In this document: positions 24,677 to 35,082 of the stretch, one piece after another
Position numbering within the stretch: the first letter of the stretch is position 1
How the letters are laid out: the number at the start of each line of letters is the position of its first letter
NCBI RefSeq assembly: GCF_963921235.1
Contig: NC_086097.1
Location: 66,962,001 to 67,026,000, forward strand
Length of the DNA stretch: 64,000 bases
Direction: 5' to 3'
DNA from: Mobula hypostoma
Taxonomy: Eukaryota
Program-made: the position numbers and the translations under genes
Notes under the pieces: model-generated
Told to the model about the DNA's origin: nothing
The model's database searches: none
The model's input: only the letters and a program-made list of their open reading frames with translations

Positions 24677-26098
24677 AACACACAAAAAATGCTGGAGGAA
24701 GTCAGCAGGCCAGGCAGCATCTATGGAAAAGAGTACAGTTGTGTCATAAGGGGGACGTTAGTGGCAGACTCAAATGCAAGACACAGACACTGAAGTACTA
24801 GGAACAGGACTAGGTTTGTCAAGAAAGCAAGGGAAGAAACAATGCTGGACATCGACGCAGGCCCTGGACAAGACTAGGATTCAGGGTCTGGGCTAGGACT
24901 TGGACTAGAGACATGGGACCTGGATGGGAAACTAGGGACAAGGAGCCTGGACTAGGAACTCAGAACTCTGGAACCAGAGTCTGGACAAGGACCCGGAACC
25001 TGGGTCTAGGTTGGGACTCGGGACTAGGATCTTGGCAAGGACAAGACGTGGCTACAGGACAGGACAAGGCACCCCAGCACAGGATGAGGAATCTCCAGCA
25101 GGGGCTGAGCACCAGAACTGGATTGGGACACGAAGCCCAGATTTGGACAGGGCTGGAAAACAATGCCTGGACTTGGTCTTGGAACACAGGAACACAGAGC
25201 CTTGGATGTGGACTGGACGAGGTACTCCAGGGCAGGACGAGGCTCTTGGACTAAGTTTGGACTCGGCTGGGTTAGACTCTCAGATACGGAGCCGGGTCTC
25301 GTCCTTGGAACACAGGGCCGGGATGCTATCGCAGGGCCGGGACCCTTTCTTGGACGCAGAGCCGGGATGACTGCCAAGAACACTTGCTGAGGGAACTGCC
25401 GAGGTAAACTGCCAAGGGACTCCTGGACTGGACGAGGTACATGGACAGGATGAGAACATGAAGCCTTGACTTGGGACAGGATTGGAACACGGCGCCTGGA
25501 ACTTGGAACACAGGGACACAGAACACAGAGCCGGGACCTCTCCTTGGGAACAGGACTTAGGGCCGAGACTCTAGAGTCAGGACCCCTCCTTGAGAACAGG
25601 ACCTAGGGCTGGGGCTCTTCTTTGACACGTACACTAAACAGAGGGACACAAAGAGGCAGTTCCAAACTCAATGATAGGTAGTTCCTTATCTTGGTGCGGC
25701 AAGGCTCCAGTCTCACTCCAGCGGTTGAACTAGATGGCGATACAGGTGAGGATGCAGGCAAGGTAGCAGGCTAAAGTAACAGACCAAGATTACAGATGAA
25801 GGTTAGTGCCAAAGTAACTGTTGAGATAAACAGCCAAAGTAACTGCCAGGGATTCAGATGGAGAGGGGAAGGGAACAGTCCTGCCCAAAACGAGAATCAG
25901 GTGCCTCAATTAAGGCACCCAATGGAACAAGGGCAAACAGGAAAACCCGGAATAAGGAATCAATGGACTGGACCGTGAACCGGAATGCAGACGTCATGGA
26001 CTGGACCACGACAAGTTGACGTTTTCTGCTGAGACCTTTCAGGATTTTTTTTGGGGTGTTTTGCTTGGATTTCCAGCATCTGCAGATTTTCTCTTGCT
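24677..26098 (-). mobile_element. Penelope-derived short element split by the LTR (pieces 24677-24741 and 26014-26098), itself inside a V-SINE-like element
   Basis: TGCTGGAGGAAGTCAGCAGGCCAGGCAGCATCTATGG...CAGTTG | AGTTGACGTTT...GAGACC; SINE sequence on both outer flanks (~24590-24675, ~26105-26170). Confidence 0.75.
24742..26013. mobile_element. 1272-bp solo LTR-like element with internal degenerate tandem repeats
   Basis: TGTC...GACA termini; 5-bp TSD AGTTG at 24737-24741 and 26014-26018; recurring GGACTAGG / GGAACACAGG / GGACTGGACGAGGTAC units; splits a Penelope-derived element. Confidence 0.85.
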
Positions 26099-26175
26099 TG
26101 TGATTGTCCCAATTAGGCTAGGTAAGTTAAATTGGGGGAGTGCTGGGTGGCACAGCTTGAAGGGCTGATTGTTTG

Positions 26176-26226
26176 ATGGATGTATCTATGTACGTATGTA
26201 TGTTGGTTGGTAGGTAGGTATGTAGA
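26176..26226. repeat. compound (TATG)/(TTGG)/(TAGG) microsatellite
   Basis: Visible degenerate tetranucleotide run. Confidence 0.7.
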
Positions 26227-26404
26227 TCCATTTATTCTTCCAACCTTTTCTTCAACACCCAATGGGGTGGTAGAGGCAAGTACTCTCACAACATCTAAAT
26301 GAGCACTTGAAATGGCAGTGCATGAAGGCCACTGACTAAATGTCCGTAAATGGGATTAGGTATATGAATGCTTGGTGTTTGGCATGGACACGGAGGGCTG
26401 AGGT

Positions 26405-27170
26405 CCTTGGTTCTTGGTTCTTGATCCTCCAAAATATTCCACATGGAATTTAAACTGGATGTGGTGGAGGGTGGGCTTAAGGAGGAGATTTTTGAAGAAG
26501 AAAAGCTGCCTTAAATTTAATTGGGTTTGGTTGTGTGACTGTAGTAAGAAGATTATTCCACACTTTAATTGTGCGGGGGGGGGGGGGAATGAATTGCTGT
26601 ATACATCTGACCTGGTAGTCAGTATTTCAAATTGAGTTGAGTGCCCTCGTCTGCTCCTAATAGGTTGGGGTTTGATGTGAGATTGGTAGTCTATGCCGAG
26701 TTGACCATTTAACATTTTGTAAAAACAGGTCAGGTGGTGTGCTTCAGATCTATCTTGGAGAGAGTTCCACTTTAATGAATTTAAAAGTTGAGTAACTCTC
26801 TCATAGGTATTTGTGACAAATCGGGCTGCCTGTCTTTGGACTCGCTCGATGGAAGTAGTGTTTTTGTTTGCGTATGGGTCCCATGCAGCAACTGCATTTT
26901 CCAAATGAGGCCTAACAATGGTGAGGTACAACTTCTCCTTAACTGAAACTGAACAATGATGAAAATTGCGTCTCAAAAATTTAGGACTCCTGTTGAATGA
27001 TGGGTCTGACTATTCCAGCATAGATCATTCTGGATTTTGATATCAAGATACTAGATATGTTTGGTTTCTTCAAGGGCAACACCTAGGATTTTATATGATG
27101 TTTTTTTACCTGGTTTTCTCTGCCTGTGACACGCATGGTTTCACATTTGGAAGGACTGAACGTCCGGTTC
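26405..27170 (-). mobile_element. LINE 3' fragment (CR1 group, Crack/Daphne-like)
   Basis: KEKLYLTIVRPHLENAVAAWDPY...IERVQRQAARFV; (AAGAACC)n tail. Confidence 0.8.
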
Positions 27171-27328
27171 CTTTGAATACTTCAAGATCTGCCAGGTTTT
27201 GCCACTCACCTACAGAGCCGGGATAATTTACAGTGGCAAATTAACCCATCGACCCGCACGTCTTTGAGGTATGTAAGGAAGTTGGGAACCCTGTGGTCAA
27301 AGCTACATTAGTTGCAGAGTGAATGAGA

Positions 27329-27481
27329 CTTTTTTCCCCCCAAAAATGTACTTTATTCAGAAATATTACAAAATAAAGTTATTTACAAAAAAAAAACATT
27401 CGTTGACTCTGAGTCCTTATTCAATAAATAAAGTTATTTACAATAAATCATGCGTTGACTCTCAGTCCTTATTCAAAATAA
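27329..27481 (-). mobile_element. short A-tailed retro-insertion with ~50-bp tandem units
   Basis: 11-bp TSD AGTGAATGAGA at 27318-27328 and 27482-27492; repeated AATAAAGTTATTTACAA...CGTTGACTCT(G/C)AGTCCTTATTCAA. Confidence 0.75.
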
Positions 27482-28319
27482 AGTGAATGAGAATAACAAC
27501 AGAAGATAGTATTGAACGCGGGTCTCTCGAACTGTCAAGCAAGCAGCTTTACTGGCATTGTGTAAATATAATGAAACGTCACAAAACGATATACTGATCT
27601 GATTACCTATTTTAATCACGTTGGTTTAGTGAACTCTTCTCAACTTTGAATAACACAAAGAGATATTTGATATTCACTCCAATTTAACCTTTCATCTGAA
27701 GACAGCACCTCTGCCAACGAAGGTAAATATGGCCAGGTCCAGTACTGGAATGTTATCTTCTGACTCGGACAACCGCACAACGGCTTGAGCTTCTGCAAAC
27801 AAAGTCTGTTTTCTATTGAGTAGGTTAGACAATAATTTAGAATGGTAGGCAGCAACTGGTCTTCTACCCCACTTGTTTTCCAAATCGCAACACAGTCGTG
27901 GTCAGGAAACCACCTCTGCGAAATCATCAACTCATTCTCCCCATTCCGGCGGCAGGTTGAATGGAAAAAAACAGTTCGAGCAAGGCTCGCGCTGTAATTG
28001 GATCCGTCACAGCTGAAGAAGGCTCCAAGCGGCAGCAATTCAAAGTGCGCACAATGTGAAAAGACCACGTTGGAAGGAAGGAACGAAGTGAGCAGCGAAC
28101 ACTTGGCCGAGCGCACAGCCCCCGGCGACCAGTGCAGATCCCAGTCACACGCGACGTCACAGCGCGAGACAGCGAGCTGTACTCGTTCCTCTTCACCGGC
28201 GCGGCGCGGCCAATGGGAGGAGAAGTATTTGTGTGTGGGTTCTGCCCCCTTTGTGACGTACGTGCGCAGGCGGCGTTACGGGAGGGGAGGGGGTTGGGTC
28301 GGGTTGGGTAGGGAAGCGA

Positions 28320-28400
28320 ACGTCGGAGTGAGTGAAGGAGGCGGCAGAGGCTGCGGCTCGGCGGGCGGGGAAGGAAAGGAAGCGCTTGGCAACTGAGCAG
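28320..28400 (+). other. BAZ1A: probable non-coding first exon (5' UTR) of BAZ1A; start approximate
   Basis: CAG|GTACGG donor at 28400/28401 downstream of the promoter motifs. A polypyrimidine tract plus AG (28831, or 28847) precedes the ATG-containing exon. TSS cannot be fixed from sequence. Confidence 0.5.
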
Positions 28401-28852
28401 GTACGGCGAGCGCTGACCAGGCAGCCGGTGGTGGTCACTGAGTCGGTCACCACCAACTCCTGTAAGTCGGACGGCGGTGAAACGTCCGGCACCGGCCAGG
28501 TGTTCGTTGGGAGACACTTGGCGCGACTTGTTCCGCGTTTGGTGCGGCCGTGCCGACACCGCGGAACCGCGACTGCCAAGCACATTGTCGGCCTCGCTTG
28601 ACTCCGGATTCGGCCGTGCTGCCGGCGACAGGGAGCCGCGGCGCCCCAGTGGTGGATCGAACGGCGCCGGCGGCGATTAAGTTTGGTGGTGAAGTTTCCT
28701 GGCCGGTTAGACGTTGCCGGCCGGGTGCGGGCTCCCCGCTCTCGGGCTGCGGCTCCGGGCGCCGATTTTATTTTGTGTTTCCCCCCCTCTCTATATTATT
28801 CTCTCTTTGTTCTTCCCTCCTTCTCTGACAGCTCTGCCTGTCTAAAGAGGAG

Positions 28853-28965
28853 ATGCCGCTCCTCCACCGTAAGCCGTTCGTCAGACGAAAGCCGCCGTCC
28901 GACCTGAAGCCGGACGAAGAAGTTTTCTACTGTCGGGTGACCAGGGAAATCTTCAGGAGTTACGA
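28853..28965 (+). CDS. BAZ1A: BAZ1A coding exon 1 (start of WAC domain)
   Basis: ATG 28853; MPLLHRKPFVRRKPPSDLKPDEEVFYCRVTREIFRSY, recognisable BAZ1A N-terminus; 113 nt; donor GA|GTGAGT. Confidence 0.97.
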
Positions 28966-30339
28966 GTGAGTTGCGATTTCACCTCGTCAACCGGTCGCTA
29001 AACTTTCTTCCGCGCCGATGCTCTGGCTGATAACCGCGGGTCGGATGGCTGGGGATACTAGCGCTGCCTTTCTAGCCCCTTACGCGGCCGTACTTATTAT
29101 TATTGTTTAAATCAACAAATAATGGTTCGAAATGTACGTTAACGGCACGGGGTTTAGTGAGCAACCCCTCCCACGGCCGCCGTGTCCTAGGCTCGACAAA
29201 ACCCGGGTGTTTCTTAAGTGGTAATAAACTCGTGTCGGTTGTGAGTAGGCCTTGTACTGTCGGATCATGTAAATTTATTCATATACCATGATGTCTGCTT
29301 TTTTTTCCCCTCTCTATATGCGCGCATTCACTGAGTTCTGAACGAATTTGCGCCAAGCCAAACGTGGCTTGGTCCTCAATTCTCTGGTTTACATGTGCCA
29401 GGTCAGAGCTTCATTTTGGATAATCCTCTAACGCGGAGGGACAACTTGAGTTTCTGGGCGACATGTGGAGAGCGTGGGTTGTTTTGGTGGTTATCCGAAT
29501 TGCCTCTTTTGTACAAGGAGTCAGTAATGGGCCTAGTTTAGAGAGCCAGAGACTGCTCATCTCTATGCAGCAATACTGAAAGTTATTTTCATAGTGTCAT
29601 TTTAAAATGTCGAAGACCTAGTTCGTGAATTTTTTTTAAAGACAATATAACAACCACGATTTGTTTGCCTTAAAAATGATTCACTTATTACCGCTAAGAT
29701 AGACGATAGAAGAGGAAAGGCTAATTGAAATGGTCACAAAATGGTATATTAAAAGACTTGATCTAAAATATCCTCTTGGAGTGACTAGATTTTTTTAAAA
29801 AGCCTAGGAGTTCCCTAATTGGAATCTTGTCTTTTCTAAGTTTTGCAAGTTGTTTTTTATATTTAGTGGGCAGCACCACTGACAATTCTGTATTCATCGC
29901 ATTGAAGGCTTAATTGTTGTATGGATGCTGATAAACTTTGAGATTACTGCCCATTTATGTCGAAATTTGCTTTATTTAAGTAGTTAAGAAGGTTCTTTTT
30001 AGAAAATGTGTTTCAGTTTGACCTGTTGACATTTGTAGATGGGAATCAAATGATCACTTTTCAAGGAATGAACTTGATAGAGTATGTGAAGATTAACACC
30101 TGCAAAATTTAAAAACAAGTAATATGGATTATTTGTTGATACCAGTTTCTTGCCATCATGTAAGCAGATTGTTGCCCCCCAGTTAATGATGAATTTAATG
30201 GTCAACCACACTTTAAATTATAAATATTTAATGAATATTGTACCGTATCCACCCTGGTGTGCAATTGCACTGTTCCACAATCTGTGCCGGGTGATTGTCC
30301 ATCCAAAGACTAGGAAATCTCATCCATTAACTTGTAAGA

Positions 30340-31660
30340 AATGGAAGTAGGAGCTGCTTATTTGACTCTGCCTTTTCCATTCTCTAAGCTTAAGACTGTT
30401 CTGTACCTCCACACAGTTTTCCTACCGACCCCTTAATCCTTTGATTCACTTGTATCTTCAAAACATAATGATCTTTTGAACGTACTTTGCACTGAATCGT
30501 GGGCCTCCTAAAATTTGTTCCCTTTATGAATGGCTATTGCTTATTTTGAGTGTTACCATGATTCTAAACTTGCTCTATCAAGAGAAACATCAACATCAAA
30601 GACATCAAATCAACATTAACCTTCTGAAATCCGAAAAGAATCCCTCTTGTTTTATTAAACTCAGAATATACTGTACTGCAGTCAGTTAAATCTCTGTGCA
30701 ACAAACCTACAATCTCTTAAATCAATATGGTGAATTTCAGTTGCACTCATTCAATCACAAGTAAACAGATGAGGATGTCAGACCTTCATTTTTGGATAGA
30801 GTTGTATGAAAAACTTGCATTAAAAAGAGATGAGACATCTGTTCTTGTACTGAAAGTCTTTTGCAATATTAACAAACATACCATTTGTCTTACTAATTAC
30901 TTGCTCTGTCTACATGTTAAATTTCAGTGATTCCTGTAGAGATGCCAGGTCTATTTAAAGGTAATACCTTTTACTCTCGCACTTTCATAAGATCTTTTTT
31001 CTCTATTAGAATGGGTGACATTCAACTTTTCCACATTTTACTTGTCATTTACTTGCTCTTCAACTGCCTATATCCCTTCAACACATTTTAACATTGTGCT
31101 AATAGTCCATTCTTCCAGCTGGCTTTATATCTTCTGTGTTATGAGTAGTAGTCCAGATTAGATCCCAATAGTACCCCACTGATCATAGCCTTCCAATCTA
31201 GAAATGATTCAGTTATTCCTTCAAGAATGACTAATTAAGACAGGGTTGGCAAGATGGCCCTATTTGAACATTAAATAATTTGTCATTAAAGCACCCAAGA
31301 TTAGGGGATGTGGGGAGGCCAGATTTTTCCATTAACCTAGCCTCAGTCCATGCCAGTATATTACCCCCAAAATTGTGCTCTAGTTTTGTTTAATAATCTA
31401 ATGTTCATCACCTTATTCATTTTTTTCCTGGTGGTCGAAATGCCATTTCAACTGGTTCACTCTGAACAATTCTGTTAATTGCAATCTCAAAACAAATCAA
31501 CATGTGTATAGTTCCATCAATGCCTGTCTCACCTTAACACTTCTATAGTTGCCTGTTTTCTTTTCCTTCTATAACTCTAGAGGATGTATTTGCTTCCTTC
31601 ATCTTGGTGAGAACCATTCTTGAATTTGTGTAATTTTGGTAGGTGATAATTAGTGGATCC
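30340..31660 (-). mobile_element. ancient decayed CR1 LINE
   Basis: Weak residual similarity to CR1 RT and 3' end on the minus strand; no ORF. Confidence 0.45.
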
Positions 31661-31692
31661 ACTTTAAGCACTAGGATACTAGTTATCAAGTC

Positions 31693-31909
31693 CTCACACA
31701 TCAAAGTTGCTGGTGAACGCAGCAGTCCAGGCAGCATCTCTAGAAAGAGGTACAGTCAACGTTTCAGGCCGAGACCCTTCGTCAGGACTAACTGAAGGAA
31801 GAGTTAGTAAGAGATTTGAGAGGGGGAGGGGGAGATCCAAAATGATAGGAGAAGACAGGAGGGGGAGGGATGGAGCCAAGAGCTGGACAGGTGATTGGCA
31901 AAGGGGATA
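31693..31909 (-). mobile_element. Penelope-derived short element in a BAZ1A intron (antisense)
   Basis: Family match; 10-bp TSD TTATCAAGTC at 31683-31692 and 31910-31919. Confidence 0.85.
31754..31789 (-). ncRNA. minimal type-I hammerhead ribozyme motif
   Basis: Minus strand reads AGTC-CTGACGA-AGG(gtctcgg)CCT-GAAAC-GTT-GACT. Confidence 0.7.
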
Positions 31910-33724
31910 TTATCAAGTCTTGTTTGTTTTTTCCCTTTTACTCTCATTTGTTTCATTGATGCCAAATTTTTGGGATTGCCTTGGTCCTCGGTTGAATTCT
32001 GATTCTTTTTCTCTCATAATTCTCAGGAGATGGGTCTCTTTGTGCAGCAGTATAAGCCTTTCACTTGATTTTGTATCATTTTTAACCCCTGTTGATGGCT
32101 TCAGATGTTCCCTGACAGTCCTTTAGGAAGTATCTGTGCTGGTGATCTTTCTATCGAATGAGAGTGAGTCACACCCTTGTCATTGTTGGCAAGCACTAAA
32201 AATGGAGGCCAAGTTCCCTTTCACAGAAAAAGGGTTGCTCTTCTGTTGTTAATTTTCATCCCCTTGATATCATTGATAGTGAATACAACATGTGACAAAA
32301 ATTTCAAATATTTGTACTAACAAATTGTCTGTGGACCTCCGTTTAAATCTTAAAACTGTCTTGAAGGATTCCTTTCGTTTACTGTTGCTGAGACTTGTAA
32401 TCTTTTGTACAGTGCAAAAAAAACTTAAACTGAATATCATTTGCATTCCTGCAGATTCTATACTAAAAGTGATCTGCAGTTAAATGTGACAATATTTTTG
32501 CTTTATTTTGGGTTGCAATTTCATTGGCTGTCTGTTAGTTGCTTATTATAGAAATAATAAGATGTCACTGCATAAAAGCATCTTCATAAAAGGGTGTGTG
32601 TTTAATGTGGAAGTGTGCTTTATACTTTTAGTGGAGAAAACTATATTTTTGCAATTCAGGATGAATTTTAAATATATCTGAGATTGTCAGAAATTGCTTG
32701 CATCAATTTTTCAATTAATGACATCACTTGTGTATTTGTCTGGTCCCATCTAATTAGCATCTACATCATAAACTACTTGTAACAGATTAAAGTTCATTCC
32801 ATTCCTCTAATATGAAATGAAACTAAGATGCCATTTATACTAATCTAAAATTTAGAACGAACATGCTAGATACTCAGCAGGTCATGTGCATCTTTAGATA
32901 AATTGTTTCAATTTTAGATGGGTGTATTTTCATTAGAACTGGGGATAATTGCAGATTTGTGGAAGAGTTTGTGAAATGGTGAGAGACAGTAAATGACCAA
33001 TTTGAATGAAATTAAGCAGTAATAGCACAAAAGAGGAAAGAAAAGGTTAGTTTGAAGGAGTTAGATGTAGACTGGCCATTTCCATGATTAAAAGGAATTC
33101 TGGATGTGATTATTGAACTTCTACTGGGTCCTGAAGCTTTTAGATATTTTTTGGAAGAAATCGTGCTGGTCCACAAATTTGCATTGAAATTTGTAGAACT
33201 GTATCAGAACTCAGAGAGATTGGACTGTAATCTAAAGGAGAATCGTAACAATGAGCCTGCGATCATATTTGAGGTATTTAAAGTGCACTTACTTTTCCCA
33301 TAGTTACGAGCTATATTAAATCAGAAGTGAAAATTGCTACTTCCCGTAAAAATACTTGGTGCTGGATGTGTAAGAAGGGAAGATTTAAAAGGGTAGCATT
33401 GTATCTCCTATGCCTGCGTAATGAGATGTTTTAGGAAATGCCATACATATTGATAGTGAAGGAAGAGTAAACTAGAGCAACTGAGGGGATGATACTTCAG
33501 GATGCTGAAAGGATGTGAAGATGTCACAGACAACAAATTTTACGACATACGTTAGTGATATTAAACATGATTCTAAGATGTTGGAAATTGTAAATGTCGT
33601 TGTAATAATTGTGAGCCTTTGTGGGTAGAAATGTGAACAAAGGGACTCCCTTAGTTCTGGGGTTTGTAAGTGGGGAGAAAAGTAAGAGCAGAAGTGTAAC
33701 TAAATTCACTGTATTTTATACCTC

Positions 33725-34445
33725 GAAATTCAAAGTAAATTTATTATGAAAATATGAATATGTCACAATATACAAACCTGAGATTCATTTTCTTGTGGAC
33801 TATTCACGGTAGATACAAAGAAACACAATAGGATCAATGAAAAACTGTACCCAAAGAAAGATGGACAAAAAACCAATGTGCAAAAGGCAAAAAAAAATTC
33901 CAAGTACATAAGAGAAAATTAAAATAATACTGAGTCCTTGAAAGTGAGTCCATAGTTTGTGGGATCAGTTCAGTGTTGGAGTGAGTGAAGTTATCCATTC
34001 TTGTTAAGAGCCTGATTGCGGGGTAATAATTGTTCCTGAACTTGTGGGTCCTGAGTCTTCTGTAACACCTCCCTAATGGCTGCAGTGAGAAGAGAGCATA
34101 AACTGGATGGTGGGGATCCTTGAGGGATGCCTCTTTCCTGCAACAGTTCTCCTTGTAGGTGTGGTCTGTGGTGGGAATTGTCTTTACCCATGATGGACTG
34201 GGCTGTATCTACTACATTTTGTAGGCTTTTCTGGTCTTGGGCATTAATATTTCACTACCAGGCAGTGATGCAACAGGTCAGGATACTCTCCACTGTGCAT
34301 CTATGGGAGTTTGCCAAAGTTTTAGATGACATGCCGAATCTGCACAAACTTCTAAGAAAGTGAGGTGCTATAGTGCCATCCTGGTAATGGGACTTGTGTG
34401 TGGTCCCAAGATAGGTCCACTGAAAGGATAACGCCAAGGAACTTG
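33725..34445 (-). mobile_element. LINE 3' fragment (Rex/Babar-L2 group) abutting the BAZ1A exon 2 acceptor
   Basis: HFLRSLCRFGMSSKTLANSHRCTVESILTCCITAW. Confidence 0.82.
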
Positions 34446-34477
34446 CCTACTTAACACCGCTTTTTTTTTCTTTGCAG

Positions 34478-34756
34478 TGACTTTTTTGAAAGAACCATAC
34501 TTTGCAACAGTCTGGTCTGGAGCTGTGCCATTACAGGAAAGCCAGGGCTAACTTACCAGGAAGCAGTTGAGTCGGAAGCCAAGGCCAGACAGAATCTTCA
34601 AAATTTCCCTGAGCCACTGGTGATGCCCATCCTTTACTTAGCGTCACTTTCTTATTGCTCACGACTCCATGAGCTCTGTGAAGATCTCTACGTGTATACG
34701 CAACATCGATACTTTGCAGGAGAGATAGTAGAAGTAACTGGTCTTAATGGTCTCAG
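34478..34756 (+). CDS. BAZ1A: BAZ1A coding exon 2 (WAC domain)
   Basis: TTTGCAG| acceptor; DFFERTILCNSLVWSCAITGKPGLTYQEAVESE...HRYFAGEIVEV; 279 nt; donor AG|GTATTG; phase-compatible with neighbours. Confidence 0.97.
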
Positions 34757-35003
34757 GTATTGATGTAATATAAAATATTAGCACTTCGAAAGGGATAACT
34801 CTTTGCATTCCTCTGCCATCTTACATTGTGGTCCACTGAATATTTTTTCTTTAACGTCCTCAAAACTGCACATTTTTTCCAATACTTGTCGCAAAAGCAC
34901 TTGGGATGGATTTGTATTTCTAAGTGGTGTGTCACAAGTTAACTTTTCCTGTTTTTACTCCCAATTCTCAATGTATTACTTCCTGCACTGTGATGCTACA
35001 GAC

Positions 35004-35082
35004 CGGGGTTCCCAGCCTTTTGTGGGCCATGGACCTATACCATTAAGCAAGGAGTCCATGGACCCCGGGTTGGGAATCCCTG
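35004..35082. mobile_element. tiny hAT MITE
   Basis: CGGGGTTCCCAGCC ... GGTTGGGAATCCCTG; imperfect 8-bp TSD CTACAGAC/CTATAGAT. Confidence 0.75.

Larger units (their letters stand above)
27900..29250. promoter_or_regulatory. BAZ1A: CpG island / BAZ1A promoter region
   Basis: Abrupt GC- and CpG-rich stretch in an otherwise AT-rich, CpG-poor window. Contains CRE-like GCGACGTCAC (28151-28160) and TGACGTA (28254-28260), CCAAT (28210-28214), NRF1-like TGCGCAGGCG (28263-28272) and E2F-like TTGGCGCG (28518-28525). Spans the BAZ1A start codon. Confidence 0.9.

Noticed and set aside
24860..25620. Repeat array as a CRISPR-like locus
   Set aside because: Units are degenerate and irregular with no constant repeat-spacer period; vertebrate context; bounded by LTR termini and a TSD.
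1..27600. Exons of the usual BAZ1A neighbours (e.g. SRP54 or the methyltransferase-like gene upstream in other vertebrates)
   Set aside because: I found no translatable segment resembling them on either strand; small exons could have been missed by eye.
27927..28907. Multiple overlapping 67-218 aa ORFs on both strands
   Set aside because: Expected from stop-codon scarcity in a CpG island; Arg/Pro/Ala-rich with no recognisable domain. The real coding start is ATG 28853.
31920..33720. Possible unannotated exon(s) in the intron after coding exon 1
   Set aside because: No open frame with paired splice sites; parts resemble very old LINE/Penelope debris; flanking BAZ1A exons already join in frame.
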